64,000 bases of DNA from Azolla caroliniana (lineage: Eukaryota; Plantae; Polypodiophyta), in NCBI GenBank assembly GCA_043228905.1, contig JBHGNT010000003.1, forward strand, positions 17,112,001 through 17,176,000, written 5' to 3'. A program made the translations under genes and the position numbers. Shown here one piece after another: positions 50,950 to 64,000 of this stretch; within the stretch, counting starts at the first letter, position 1; every line of letters starts with the position of its first letter. The notes beneath the pieces are model-generated. The model ran no database searches and had not been told where the DNA came from. It saw nothing but the letters and a program-made list of their open reading frames with translations.

Positions 50950-52190
50950 GGAGAAAGGGAAGAGGATGCGTAGAAACGGGGGTTCTGCGCGGATGCACAC
51001 GAATCCGTCCTTATGTACAAACGAATGTAAATGTGAGTAGAGTATTTAGAGGACTAGGTAGAGTAGTAAAGGGATACTTTATGTTACACACGTATAGAGG
51101 ACAAAAGAGGTTTAAGTTGAGAGAATCGAGGGAAATATCTAACTGAAAAGCGGCTATCTTTACGACTGATGGAACAGTCTCTCCCTCTTTGAGCTATAAA
51201 AGGAGGGAGAGAAGATTAAGGGAGGGATCCACGTTTTGGAGAACGAAGTGCTATTCGATTGAGCTCTACAAACTTCCATTTTCTCTCAATCTCTATTCAG
51301 GTCATTGTGATTTGAGCCCCCCGTTTCGCGCTAGTAGCCCGTGTGCTCCCGATCGGAGGCTTGCTAGTGTGTGTGTGTGTGAGTGTCAGAAGCTCGAAGC
51401 TCTGTGTTGCCAACCGCATTCGGTTGTAATCTCCTATTTTCCTCTGTTAATTATTAGTATATTTGCTGAGTTTGTGTTTGCGTTTGGTAATTCCGTGTCG
51501 TTTCTATTTTCCGTGTGTTTGTCGAGTCCTGAGCTTACACTCCCATCTCTGTTCCATTCCCGTTTGAGTGTGCACGTTCAACGTGTGAGCCCGTGTGCTC
51601 ATTGCCTGCTGCCAGGCGTAGCTCTGGAACCGATAACATGTGTCGAGCCCGTGTACTCGCCGTCAGGCATCCAGGGACTTGTTCGGACTGGATAGGATAC
51701 TTGTCTGAACTGCGCTGACGAAGTTACTCGGAATCTGTTAGAGCTTAGATCTAAAGTAAACATATGATAAGGATAACAAAGATAGATAGATAGAAAGAAC
51801 AAAGAGAAAGAAGGGTGTTAATCGACCTGACCACCCTCGAGCGAAGGGATCGAGACGGACTTGAGCCTTGATCGACATCCCATACCCCTACCATGGCATC
51901 GAGTTGTACTTGGTGCTGGTGGCTCGCTACAAGAGTTGACCCACCACAAGATTGGAGTCTCGACATAGTCAAGAGATGTGTAAATGAGGGTGGCAAGGCC
52001 TCATATTTATAGCCAGACCCAAGCCCCCCAAGCAAGTTCACACTTGGCCTAATGAGTTGTCTCTATCATGAGGATTAAAAGTACTCCTCCCTTTCTTTAT
52101 ACTCTCATTTAACCCTCACACTTATCCACGTGTATAGAATACTACGATACATTCTCACCACGAGATATTATATGGTCATGCCCGTAACAG
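50950..52190. mobile_element. Unresolved LTR-like remnants
   Basis: TATA motifs (tataaaaggagg at ~51195; atttatag rc at ~52005), pyrimidine-rich U5-like tracts, ends ...cccgtaaca; boundaries and TSDs not determined. Confidence 0.4.
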
Positions 52191-52389
52191 AATCCAATCT
52201 AGAAAATCCCCTTTCCCTCATTGACTCCAGAACAATGCTCAGGCGAGAGATAATCGGGGGGGGGGGGGGGGGGGGGGGCAGGTTCGGTTAACGCTTCTTC
52301 CCTTACCGGCTCTTTGGTCTAAGATCCTGGTGGTTCTGCCCCATTCCAATACATCCACGCAGAAATTTGTGACATCTTTGGTGAACCCA

Positions 52390-52697
52390 ACGTGAATAGG
52401 GGCGACAAAGGAGCTAAAAAATGAGGGGAAGTGAACTCGTTGAAGCAATGCCGGTGGCTGTCGACTGCCTGGTTAATGCTCTTGAGAGCACCGGTGGCCT
52501 CGACACAACCGTGGAAACAGTAGTCGGCACGACAAGACGATTCCCGACGTGAATAGGGGCGACAAAGGAGCTAAAAAATGAGGGGATGTGAACTCGCTGA
52601 AGCAATGCTGGTGGTTGTCGACCGCCTGGTTAATGCTCTCGAGAGCACCGGTGGCCTCGACACAACAGTGGAAACAGTAGTCGGCACGACAAGACAA
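52390..52697. repeat. 157-bp tandem duplication within an old gypsy gag region
   Basis: cgtgaataggggcgacaaaggagc...ggcacgacaagac at 52391 and 52548. Confidence 0.9.
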
Positions 52698-53217
52698 TTC
52701 AACGGAAAGGACGTCACGAACTACAAGGCCGAGCTGATGAGAGATTGTTACCGGCCGGCAAGGAGTCCAAAATACGGAGTGAAGGAATTAATTAAGTATG
52801 GTTGTAAATGAGCATAGTGTGGACGGACGGACTGGAAACGGTATGCCGTTCCAGATCCGGACGGATCCCGAATAGGTGCGATAGGTACCGTTTTGTACTA
52901 CGGGCCGGAAACCTATTTAAAGGCCCGGACCCCATTGTAATCACAGCGGATAATTAATAGAGCCTATGGTGTTTATACTTCTGTGTTGATTTCCGTTCTG
53001 TAATTACTGTTATATCTTACGCGTGTAATTAACCAAAGCACTCTAATCGTGTAACCTACGTAAGTCGGTGTAATCGTTGAATCTTAATCCTATGCCGTAA
53101 TCACCCTTTGGTGAAGTGTCTCCGTGACACCTTGTGTTAGGCCTTGTCCGGTCAGAGAATAACACAGTTTTGGCGACCACGATTCCTACTTTCTCGCAGC
53201 GAACGACGGCTTAATGG

Positions 53218-56200
53218 ATGACGAGACCAACGCACGACCTGGTTACAGACCGAGCTCGACGCCTCGCCGAACGGCAAAGACGGCGTGAGACTTTCCAGCA
53301 AGCAGCGCACGAAATTCACTCGGATCGTTCGTTCTCCAATGAGATCCGGAGAGTCGCGGAGGAATCTCTTCGGTTACAGCAAACTCGCGACCAGGACGAC
53401 GGAAGCAGTCTAAGTAGTCTCCGGGAAACCGAACGCCTCCTCGAGGCGCTGGCAAGCGGAGAAAACGAGGCAGAAGCCTTTTCAGCCTACGAATCGGATT
53501 CCGAAGGGGGATACAGCGTGCACACGAACTACCGGAGCAGCAACGATACCCCCGGCGGCCCGGAGGACGATGGGTCGGATACCGTGCCGACTCCAGAACC
53601 GGAACCGTTCGACCAGGGCTATCCGGAACCGCAAACGGAAGCCGTCAACCCACCAACACCGGAAGTGGAAGAAGCAAAGCCACCGACACCAACGAAAGAG
53701 CCGGCGAAGGTACCGGAAGACGAGCCGGTGAAAGAACTGGAAGAGGAACCGGAAAAAGCACCGGCAAAACAACCGGAAGTGGAGAGGAAACCGGAAAGAT
53801 ATCAACAAACGCCACTAAACCGCGGCCTAATACTGGACGACGACATGCCGTTCCAATACTCAAAGTATCGCGATGATCCGGACGCGGAAGCGCATGTTCA
53901 TGCCTTCGAGCAGACATGGGAAGCAAATCACACGTCCCAGCGAATGACACCGGAGGAAGAAGAACGCTCGAAGATAGCGGAATTCAGGGTCACGTTGGAA
54001 GGACCAACGACACGATGGTGGCGGACGCAGAACCCGGCGACCATCACAACCTTTGCAGAATTAAAAGCGAAATTCTTGCATTTTTTCCACAAGGAGGTCG
54101 ACCAGACGACAATGGTGGGCCTGTTTTATACGATCCGACAGGAGGCAGGGGAAAGCATTCCCCAATTCGTCATCCGTTTCCAACGAATGCATAGCCAGCT
54201 TGCCCGTGCACCCCCGGAGGAGGAATTACGGACGATATTTTTAAACGCACTCCGGGAACCGTTACGCACGGTGTGTACGGTAATCGACTTTCGAGGAAGC
54301 ACCATTGACCAGGTCATTGACCGGGTCAGAGAAATGGAAAAGTCAAGTTCATGGCTTACACTGGGAACACTGCAACAGGCGTTACCCACCGACGAAGATC
54401 TCCGGTTCCGGCAGGCAATTCAATGCACAATCTGCTTGAATGCCGGACACTCGGCAGTGGAGTGTACCATGCGAACCCAGTGTGTGATTTGTCAATCCAA
54501 GAGTCATACAACGGACCGGTGCGAGTATAACTTGTTAAACCGACAAGCACCACCCGTCCGACGGATCGAGCCAAGAAGCAGCCGAGACGAAGATGACGAT
54601 CGTTGGCAAAGAATGAACCGGTACCGACCGGCACAGGATGTCCGGTATGGAGACAGACAAGAGAATGATGGCTGGTACGGGAATCAACATGATAACTACG
54701 ACCGGTATGAGCGATCGGACCGTTATCGGGATTCCAACAGACGACACGAGCAATACGATAGAGACCATTCCCCTAGTTATAGGAAGCACCAGGAGGACTA
54801 CGGCCGATTTTACGATCCACCACGACCGGACTACCGAAATAAAAATAAGAATAATAAGAAACGTAATTTCAAGAAAGGTGGTCAACCTAGGGACCCGGAA
54901 CATGGAACCCCAAGGAGCCAACCAGCACAGAACGCACCACTCACTACGGGACCGACTCCGGCTACCAGCAATGCTGAATCCAGCAATACCCGTAAAGAGT
55001 ACTGCTACTACTGCAGGCAGGAAGGCCACTACAGTAACCAGTGCCCGGTAAAGAGCTACGAGAAACGACCAGCAGTTAATATGGTGGTTCCGGAAGTGGC
55101 GGATATACAGCAAGTAACCACACGGTCGAAAGGCATGGCCAAAGAGTGGGAAACACAAGAGGCCATACGAAAACAGGCGACGGAATGGGTGAAGGAAGCC
55201 AATGAAAGGAACGTCGCGGACGCAAAACGGCAAAAGGCGAATACCATAGGGAGTGCCGGCGGTAGCCACCCAGAAAACGAGACATGGCAAGCACTGCAAG
55301 AATGTCAGATCACGTTGCCATTAGGAAGACTCTTGCAGCTCGTGCCGCGATTTACGGAAGGACTAAAAACGGGCATGACAGACGGTATAGCCCCACCGGC
55401 ACCTGTCCTCTTCTCGAATCCGGAGGAGGGACCGACGGTGGTGGACACTAGTAGTCCGGTGATTACAGCTATTGTCAAAGGGCACGAACTTCCCGGCACA
55501 GTAATCGATGGAGGTTCCGGGGTGAACGTAATAAGCCTCCACACGTGTGATGCCCTGGGTATACATGAATGGGAGCCATGTCCGTTCTGGCTACGGATGG
55601 CGGATACGAGCTCTGTACGGCCGACGGGCTTAATACGGAAATTGGAAGTCACCATAGGAGGTCACACATTTCACACCTCGGCTGTTGTGCTGCAGCTACA
55701 GGCGCAAGGCGCGTACCCACTGTTGCTGGGCAGACCATGGTTGAAAACAGCACACATCAAGCAAAATTGGCGGAAAAATATGATTACCTTCCGGCGCGGA
55801 AAAGCCAAGGTCCGGGTACCGACACAACCACGGACGAGCAACGGTAAGGAATGCACACCGCTATATGCGGAATGCGTGAACATGCTTGAAGGGTTGGCAG
55901 ACGACGAAGAAGCCCAGTACTTGGAGGAACACCCGAAGATCGTACCACTCTTCGAGATTGACGTAGCTGAAGCCGTAGCGCCATACTTGCCGCAGTGGGA
56001 CGAAACCGAAGCTGAACCAGACAAAGATTCGATTCGGGAATTACGGCAAGCACAGGAAGCGTTGGAACGGGAAATGGCCGTTTCCCAACGGGTAAAAACA
56101 TCCCAGCTCGACGAAGTGAACCTAGGAAGCAAGGACGAATCAAAGCCGGTACACATCGCCAAAGAAATGAAGCCGGAAGATAAAGCGGCGATGATCAAAC

Positions 56201-59082
56201 TTCTCACGGAGTTTCGCGACGTATTCGCCTGGTCATACGAAGACATGCGAGGGCTGGACCCTCAATTATATCAGCATCAGATCCACTTAGGCAAGGACGC
56301 GAAACCAGTGGCGCAAAGACGTTACCGAATGAACCCCAACTACGCCGCCAAAGTGAAGGAGGAAATCGACAAACTCCTAAGAGTGGGCTTCATCCGGCCG
56401 GTAAAGAAAGCGACGTGCCTGAGCCCCATCGTCGTCGTCCCAAAGAAGAACGGTAAAATCCGCGTGTGTGTAGATTACAGGAAACTAAATGCAGCCACAA
56501 TTACGGATGCATTCCCTCTTCCGTTCACGGATGGAGTACTGGATGCCGTCGCCGGCCATGAAGTTTATAGTTTTTTAGACGGGTTCAGCGGATACAATCA
56601 AATCCGGATGCACCCCGACGACCAGGAGAAGACAACGTTCGTCACCGAATGGGGGGTGTTTGTGGCCGAAGTAATGATGTTCGGCCTAAAAACGGCACCA
56701 GCAACGTTCCAACGAATCATCATGGAGATCTTCGGCGAATACATTCCTGCCTTCATGCAGGTTTTCTTGGATGATTTTGCAGTCTATAGCCGGGGAAAAG
56801 ACCATTTGCATCACCTACGGTTATGCCTTGAAAAGTGTAGGTTATACCGGCTAAGCTTAAACCCAGCAAAATGCATCTTTGGAGTTTCAAGTGGAATCTT
56901 ACTGGGACACATTGTAAGTAAGGAGGGCATTGCGGTCGACCCGGACAAAGTAAACGCGATACTAGGGGCACCGGCGCCGAAAACGGCCAAAGCACTAAGC
57001 CGATTCTTAGGACAGATCCGGTGGCACAGCCGGATGCTCCGTCACTTGGCTGACTTGGCTACACCATTACACACCGCGGTACATCGGACACCGTTCCAAT
57101 GGACGGATACGGAGGATAAGGCATACAATGCCCTGAAGGTACTTTTGTCGCAAGCACCCGTCGTGCAGCCTCCGGATTGGAGCAAGGAATTTCATGTGTT
57201 CGTTGACGCTTCTGACATCGCTATCGGCAGCGCCTTAATGCAACTTACGGAGCCTAAATGGTACCGGCCGGTATATTACGCCAGCCGGAAGTTGTCCCAA
57301 GCGGAGAAGAACTATTCGACGATGGAACGGGAGGCCCTGGGCATGATCTACAGTGTCACAAAGTTTCGTCATTACCTATTGGGAAGGAAGTTCTCCTTTC
57401 ATGTGGATCACTCGGCGCTCCTGTACTTAGTGTCCAAGGCGTCCCTGACTGGTAAGTTGGCCCGTTGGACCTTGCTGTTGCAGGAGTTCGAATTTGAGAT
57501 CTTCCACCGGCCCGGTATCCAGCATGCCGTAGCAGACTACCTGAGCCGGTTAGAGTCCGGAGAATCAGGCGACGGAGTAGCGGATGAATTCCCGGACGCA
57601 GAGTTATTCCGTATCACCCCGGAAACGGCAGCGGATGACACGGTGGCATCAGAAGATAGGTGGCTGACAAACATGCACTAGTTCTTAAGCACGGGCCTGC
57701 CACCGGAGGAAATGAACCGAGACGAGAGGAAACGACTGGCGGTGCAGAGCCGCAATTTCTGTCTGTTACGGGACACGCTCTACCACAAGGGAGCAGATGG
57801 AATATGGAGACGGGCAGTCCGTAGTGACGAGAAACAAGTAATCTTACGGGAAGCACACTGTGGGGTTGCCGGAGGACACTATGCCGGGGAAGCGACGGCA
57901 AGGAAAGTATGGCAGAGCGGCTTATGGTGGCCCACGACGTTAAAAGACGCCGTCAAGTATGCTAAGGAATGTGACCTATGCCAACGAATGGGCCAGCCTA
58001 CGGAGCAAGCACGGATGCCACACCAACCGGTACTTCCACTAGAGCCATTCCAGAAGTGGGGGTTGGATTTTGTCGGACCGTTCAAGCCACCGGCAATGAG
58101 AACGGGTAATCGTTATGTCATCGTGGCAACAGATTATTGCACTAAATGGGTGGAGGCTAAGCCCTTGAGAGACAACACCGCGTCATCCACAGCAAAATTC
58201 CTGTACGAAAACATTTGGTGCCGATATGGATGTCCGATTGAATTAATCAGCGACCAAGGAGGGCACTTCCTCGGCCAGGTAGTGGAAAGCTTAACAACGT
58301 TCTATGCCATGGTCCATAAACGGAGCACACCGTACTACCCACAGGCCAACGGGTTAGCAGAGTCAACCAACAAAACGCTCCAGAACATTCTCCGCAAAAT
58401 CGTCAATGAAAACCGGACGGACTGGGATACAAAGCTCCATAGCGCGCTATGGGCGTACCGAACGGCATACAAAACAAGTATCCGGACAACGCCGTTCCGG
58501 TTAGCATTCGGCTTAGAAGCGGTCATGCCGGTGGAATTTCAGGTACCAAGCTTACGGATCCAACTACGGGAACGGCTGAATGAAAAGGAGTCGGAGGAAA
58601 TGCGGCTAGCAGCACTATGCGAACTGGAGGAGCAACGGCTGGCCAGCATCCTACACATGGAACTGGAGCAACGACGACGGAAAGCGTTCGTTGACCGTCA
58701 CCGGAAAGGTAATGAAAAGATGTTCGAAATCGGGAAGCCGGTGCTAGTATTCCAAACAAGGATGGGCAAGATGCCGGGTAAACTCCAGTTTAGATGGACA
58801 GGCCCGTATTGGCTGACACGGGAATACAACGGGTCCTATCAGTTAGGGACACTTGCCGGTGAAGTACTAGGCAAGTGGGTCAACGGATTTAGACTAAAGC
58901 CCTATAAAGGACCGATGCCAAGTAACCCGTTTATGCAGCCCACCGGCACTATACCGGGAACCTGTCCGGGAACGGTACGGAGGGAAGAAAAAGACGACGG
59001 GGAACCCGTAGCAGAGGCGAAGGAAGACACGGCAACCCGTAAGGAAAACGGTAAGGGTCCGAAGGGACCTACGAATGTGTAA
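53218..59082 (+). CDS. Gag-pol polyprotein (1954 codons) with one in-frame TAG at 57679
   Basis: Retrotrans_gag, three CCHC knuckles, PR (IDGGSG), RT (FLDGFSGYNQI, FLDD), RH (VDASD), INT (H..GGH..CDLC, WGLDFVGP, YPQANGLAE), GPY; ORFs 53218 and 57712 share a frame; no chromodomain or second RNase H. Confidence 0.95.
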
Positions 59083-59454
59083 GATCACATACCGTCATTA
59101 AAAAGAGAAAAAAAAAAAAAAAAAAAAACATTAAAAATCGAGGTATGAACGGACGTGAAAGCAAGGAGCGAAAAGGTACGTAGTGGGCATTTAAGTGCCG
59201 CCACATTACTTAATACTAAATTGGTACACGACGTGTGCATGCTCGAAAAAGGCGCCAAGACGCACAGAGAAGAAGAAGAACGCATGGAGACCTTTTTCTT
59301 TCGCGAGCCAAGAAGCACAGAAGCACCAAGGCAGTGGAAGCTTAGCAAACGCGAACCTGCACTCAGAGAACCCCCACGTTCGGAACGCTCTCTCTCTCGC
59401 TCTCACTCTCATCACCACTCTACCTCGCCATCTTTTCTCGACCTCGAAGCAGAC

Positions 59455-62109
59455 ATGGAACCACAAACGCTGTCGGAAGCGGCCAGGAAATGGTTCAGGC
59501 AACACGGACTGGATGGGTTCTTGACCATCATGGAGGCACCACCGCACAGAGAAGCCGACCGGGTCATCAAGGAGCTCGACACAGAAGTCATCACCGAAGA
59601 AGCGATCTGTGCGCTAACAGGCCTTCCGGAGGGAGGTATTTTTCAGATTGATAACCCAACCTCGGAGCAACTCATCCGATATTTCGGTGAGTACTCTGTA
59701 GCCGGCAAAGGCTATCGAACGCAGGGCGGCGAAGATCCACTATTCAGGGAAATAGCTCGAGTGCTCCATGAGTACGGCCACGTGTACCCCCGACCCCCTG
59801 TCATGCCAAAAAATCGGGCAGGGATGATCATAGCCACCTATGAAGGGACCAAGGTGGATTGGCCGGTGTTGATTGCAGACGGTTTGTGCGCGGCAATCGA
59901 CATGGTACGAGGAAAGGACGGCAAGGAGGGCCGGAAGCTGTGGCATGCCGTAGCTCAGTGGATAACATTGCTCGTGCCGCCGGTCGAGACCGTCCAGCCA
60001 AAGAAGCGGCCAAGATTATCGGAAGGAAGCACCTCGAAACCCGCGTCCAAATGACAGCAGCTGCTGGCGTCGAAGGCGACGAAAGGGAAGAAACGGCTCC
60101 CAGAACCGGAGGAGGTGTCACCGGTGGGACCCGTTAAGATAACCATACGGCGACCGGGTCAGAAGGAACCAGAACCCTTGACGGCACAGAAACATGCCGT
60201 TACCCAGGAAGAGGAAACGGAGGAGCCAGAAGAGCACCTCCAACGACGGTCAAGAAGTGGGACCGCCGGGGCAGCGGGGGAGCGTTCAGACCCGCAAAAG
60301 GAAGAAACGCCCCCAACTCAACCTGAGCAAAACACAAGGGAGGAACCGGAACCGGTGCGTATAGAACCGGCCTTGTCGACTTCTGTACAAGAAGTCATTC
60401 CAACGGCTCCGGAGACGGCGAGAACCGGAACTCAACAGCCGGCGAGCCCAGCCAGCACACACGGCGGCCAAGGAGTAGAACCAGAACGACAGATACAGGC
60501 ACTCAGGCCAGACAATTCCACAGTGAACGAGCCGACCCGACTAGTTCAGCAGCAAGGCACCAGTAGCATGTGGCTACGGTGGGTAGGTGAGCAGATCGCC
60601 GGAGTGGTCGAGTACATAGAGGCGGAGGAGAGAGCGCACCACGAACGGTTGCTCGTCACAACCGTAGATCTAGAGACGGCCCGGTCCAGAATCCGGAGCC
60701 TTGAACAAGACTTGGACAGGGTCACAAGGGAAATGGCTCAATTGGCTTTGACAACACAAGTCCAAGCACCGGTGACTCTGGGCAATGTACAGAATAAAGC
60801 GTCAGATCAACCTGTACATAGCAATCAGACCCCGGCAACGGAAACCGTTCCGGAGAGAAATGCGGCACAAGCCCAAGAGCTTGCGGACTTAAAGGATGAG
60901 CTAGCTGCCCAAGAAGCGTTGAGGAGCCGCGAAAGAGAGTTGAAGACGGCAGCGGAGGCAGAACTCAAAAAGACTGCTGAGAATCTACGCCGGGCCGAGG
61001 AGAGCTTACGAAAAGGCCACCAAGCGTACGACCGGCTCAAGGAGGAAAAGGAGAAAATGCTGCAAGAGAAGGACAGGCTCCGGAGAAACGCCGAAACAGA
61101 AATAGAGCGCCTGAAAGAGGAACTCCAGCAGCTAAAGGACCGGGAGGACCGGAACCATCGCCAGATCAACGGCAAGCTCAAACAAAAAACGGAGGAATTT
61201 GAGCACTTGCACCGGGAGTATAAACGGTTGCAAATGGAGCACAAGGAACGGACGGATGAGCTCCGGCAAGCAGTTGATCGGACCGCAACGACATACGCTA
61301 ATGAACAAGCGGAAACCAGAAGACGGTTGGAAGAGGCGGAGAAGGTTCGGACAGAGCTCCTCAGGCAACAGCAGGCGGAAAAAGAAAGAGCGGCGGAGGT
61401 ACTGTAGAGGCTGCAGACAACATATCAAGGGCAGCTGACGTGCTACAGAGAGCAGGCGGAGGATACGGCGAATCTCATCAAGCAGTTGAAGGAGGAACGA
61501 CAAGTTGTGGAAAGTAGAGCGCAAATGGGAGCAAGTCGCATCCAGGATATCATGCGGGCCTGGTTGAACCAGACCAAGAGCTTGATTGACAACGGTTCCG
61601 TCAAATGGTGGACCAAGTGGGCCACGAACGCGGCGGAACTCCAATTGCTCCGGGCCGACGTAGAGAACCGGCGGAAGGAGGGAGATGATTGCTATATGCT
61701 GACTTCCGAAGACTTCACCGGCATAAGAGATGAGCTGGCCGAAGACTTTCAAGCCTTGGCAGAGGACCAACTAGGGCAAGTCCGGCAACTTGTAGCTCAG
61801 CTGGACGACGACAGGCTGGAGGCGCAGATCCAGTTTGAAAGCTACGAGAGGTCCCGGATCCGGGAAGAGAAAGCACGAGAACCGGTTACGGTCAACCTCA
61901 GTGATGAGGAACCGTTATTGGAAGGAGACCGGACCGGAAGCAGTCAAACGGGGATGCCGGAGTCAGAGAAACAAACGGAGCAGCCGCCTATAGAGCAGCC
62001 GGAGCAGCCTCAGTCCCAACCGCAACCACAGCAGCCGCAACAACCACAACCGGAAGAACAAGTGGAAATTCTGGAACAAAGTATTTTGGACAATTTGGGT
62101 GAACAATGA
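59455..62109 (+). CDS. Extra ORF of the gypsy element (~884 aa; N-terminal globular domain plus long coiled coil), two premature stops
   Basis: ORFs 59155-60054, 60115-61407 and 61486-62109 are all one frame, separated by single TGA (60052) and TAG (61405); first ATG at 59455. Confidence 0.85.
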
Positions 62110-62585
62110 AGGGGCCGAGAAGGGTTCGACGTACAAGGTACTGTCCCACGGGCGTGCCATGTGTTACCGGCCGGCAAGGAGTCCAAAATACGGAGTGAAG
62201 GAATTAATTAAGTATGGTTGTAAATGAGCATAGTGTGGACGGACGGACTGGAAACGGTATGCCGTTCCAGATCCGGACGGATCCCGAATAGGTGCGATAG
62301 GTACCGTTTTGTACTACGGGCCGGAAACCTATTTAAAGGCCCGGACCCCATTGTAATCGCAGCGGATAATTAATAGAGCCTATGGTGTTTATACTTCTGT
62401 GTTGATTTCCGTTCTGTAATTACTGTTATATCTTACGCGTGTAATTAACCAAAGCACTCTAATCGTGTAACCTACGTAAGTCGGTGTAATCGTTGAATCT
62501 TAATCCTATGCCGTAATCACCCTTTGGTGAAGTGTCTCCGTGACACCTTGTGTTAGGCCTTGTCCGGTCAGAGAATAACAGAGAT

Positions 62586-64000
62586 AATCCGGACGATAGA
62601 CGGTTGTTTGTGTTTCCTCGAGTAGTTACGCCGAGCATCCACGCAGAGGTGCTCGAGATGCAGGCCGACTACTGAAGTTGGCTGGAGTTCGAGAAGTGTC
62701 TCCTCGAAAGATACGGTTTTGATGACTTGCTCCGATTATTGAAGAGGGAGTTGATGGAGTGGTTTGAGAGTCCGGGAAAGGGGAGGAACACATTGACGCT
62801 CCTCCAGGAGTTTGAAAGACGATTCACACGACTCTTGGCGCTGGACCAAACTGTGCTCGACACGTGCAAGGTCCTATTATTTATCAAGTCGGTCAATCCA
62901 CTAGACCGAGAAAAGGTGGGTCTCCTATTGGAGACGGATGAAGGGCTCACGACCGACTACGCCGTGGTAAAAGGGGTTTGCAGCTGTTTCGACAAACGGT
63001 GAGAATGGAACGACACAGGGTCGTCGATGACCGGCCCGGGTGCTAGGAAGAAGCCAAAGGAACCGATTCTGACATGGTCGAAAGAAACATGGAATTTTCT
63101 CCTCGAAAGATATGGTTTCGATGAATGGCTCCGGTTATCGAAGAGGGAGAACTTGATGGAGTGGGTCAAGAGTCCAGGAAATGGGAGGAACGCATTGGCG
63201 CTCCTCCAGGAGTTTGAAAGACGATTCACATGACTCTCGAAGCTAGACCGAACCGTGCTCGACACGGGCAAGGTCCTGTTATTTATCAAGTTGGTCGATC
63301 CACTCGACCGAGAAAAGGTGGGTCTCTTACTGGAGATGGATGAAGGGCTCATGACCGCGTAGGCCGTGGTTAAAAGGTTTTGTAGCCATTTCGACAAACG
63401 GCGATAATGGAACAACGCAAGGTCATTGACAACCAACGCGGGTGCTGGGAAGAAGTCGGAGGAACCGATTCTGACACGGTTGGAGGAAACACGAAGGTGG
63501 CTCGAGTCGGGGGTGATTCCAATCAATGTGTTCAAGGGTCTGTCCGGGGGCGCAACCCTAGAGGAGCTGACGAAAATGGTGCGCAATCTCCAGATCGTGC
63601 AAGCCCAGAGAAATTCGGGGGGCAGTCATGTGACCGGAGGCCTCCGAACGACCAACGATGCATGTGGTGCGATGCAATCGACCACATCTGGAGAGAGTGC
63701 ACCGATTTTGCCGAAGCACTCAAGAACAATGTTGTGTACCTCTGGAACGGACAGGTACATGCGTGTGATGCATGAAGGCCCCTCAAAGTGAACACCGGAC
63801 GAGGCGGCATGAAGAGGATAATGGAGGAAGCCATGGCCTGGAATGCCGAGGCCATTTACTACTCGGTGTGGGCAGGGATCCAGGTTAGGCGGAGAGAAGG
63901 GCACCACATCCGGAAGTAATACCAGATTCTAGCCGCTTGTACTGGAAGGCCTCTCGGGGGTGAGGCCATGGAAGGAAGAGGTGGGTCCAAGAGGGCACTG
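62586..64000 (+). mobile_element. Old gypsy gag remnant (host of the 52746 insertion; begins ~52300) with a ~400-bp tandem duplication
   Basis: FNGKDVTNYKAELMR before the TSD; LLERYGFD...LLQEFERRF duplicated at ~62700 and ~63100; CMWCDAIDHIWREC knuckle. Confidence 0.8.

Larger units (their letters stand above)
52746..62580 (+). mobile_element. Young full-length Athila-like Ty3/gypsy element with an extra 3' ORF
   Basis: 419-bp LTRs 52746-53164 and 62162-62580, one mismatch seen; TSD GAGAT (52741-52745, 62581-62585); PBS TGGCGACCACGA 53171-53182 (tRNA-Arg-like). Confidence 0.98.

Noticed and set aside
52256-52278. Poly-G run as a functional G-quadruplex
   Set aside because: Isolated homopolymer in a decayed element; length unreliable and no supporting context
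59455-62109. env gene
   Set aside because: No signal peptide or transmembrane helix visible; charged coiled coil with an NLS-like patch

Overview
Eukaryotic plant DNA, almost certainly a moss (Physcomitrium-like; inferred from the Tcn1-type chromoviruses and the copia families). The window is mostly transposon-derived. It holds one host gene: a three-exon, ~801-aa TPR-like protein on the minus strand (36119->24334) with two 4-5 kb TE-filled introns. It also holds a decayed tRNA-Leu followed by tRNA-derived tandem repeats. Elements with exact boundaries and target-site duplications (TSDs): a hAT-type MITE (1715-2150); a full-length copia (2850-8380) that splits a LINE; a solo LTR (38329-39076); two nested Tcn1-like chromoviruses (39161-50649 containing 41074-46723); and a very young Athila-like gypsy (52746-62580) with a ~884-aa extra ORF. 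An internally deleted copia (18018-21897) has both LTRs but an ambiguous TSD. The most notable signals are in the chromovirus LTRs. Both families have a 12-bp self-priming duplex with compensatory changes instead of a tRNA PBS, tandem heat-shock elements upstream of the TATA box, and an antisense tRNA-like A-box/B-box cassette at the U3 end. A non-coding gypsy derivative with inverted LTRs (11543-13534) is also unusual. All calls were made by eye; no searches were run.
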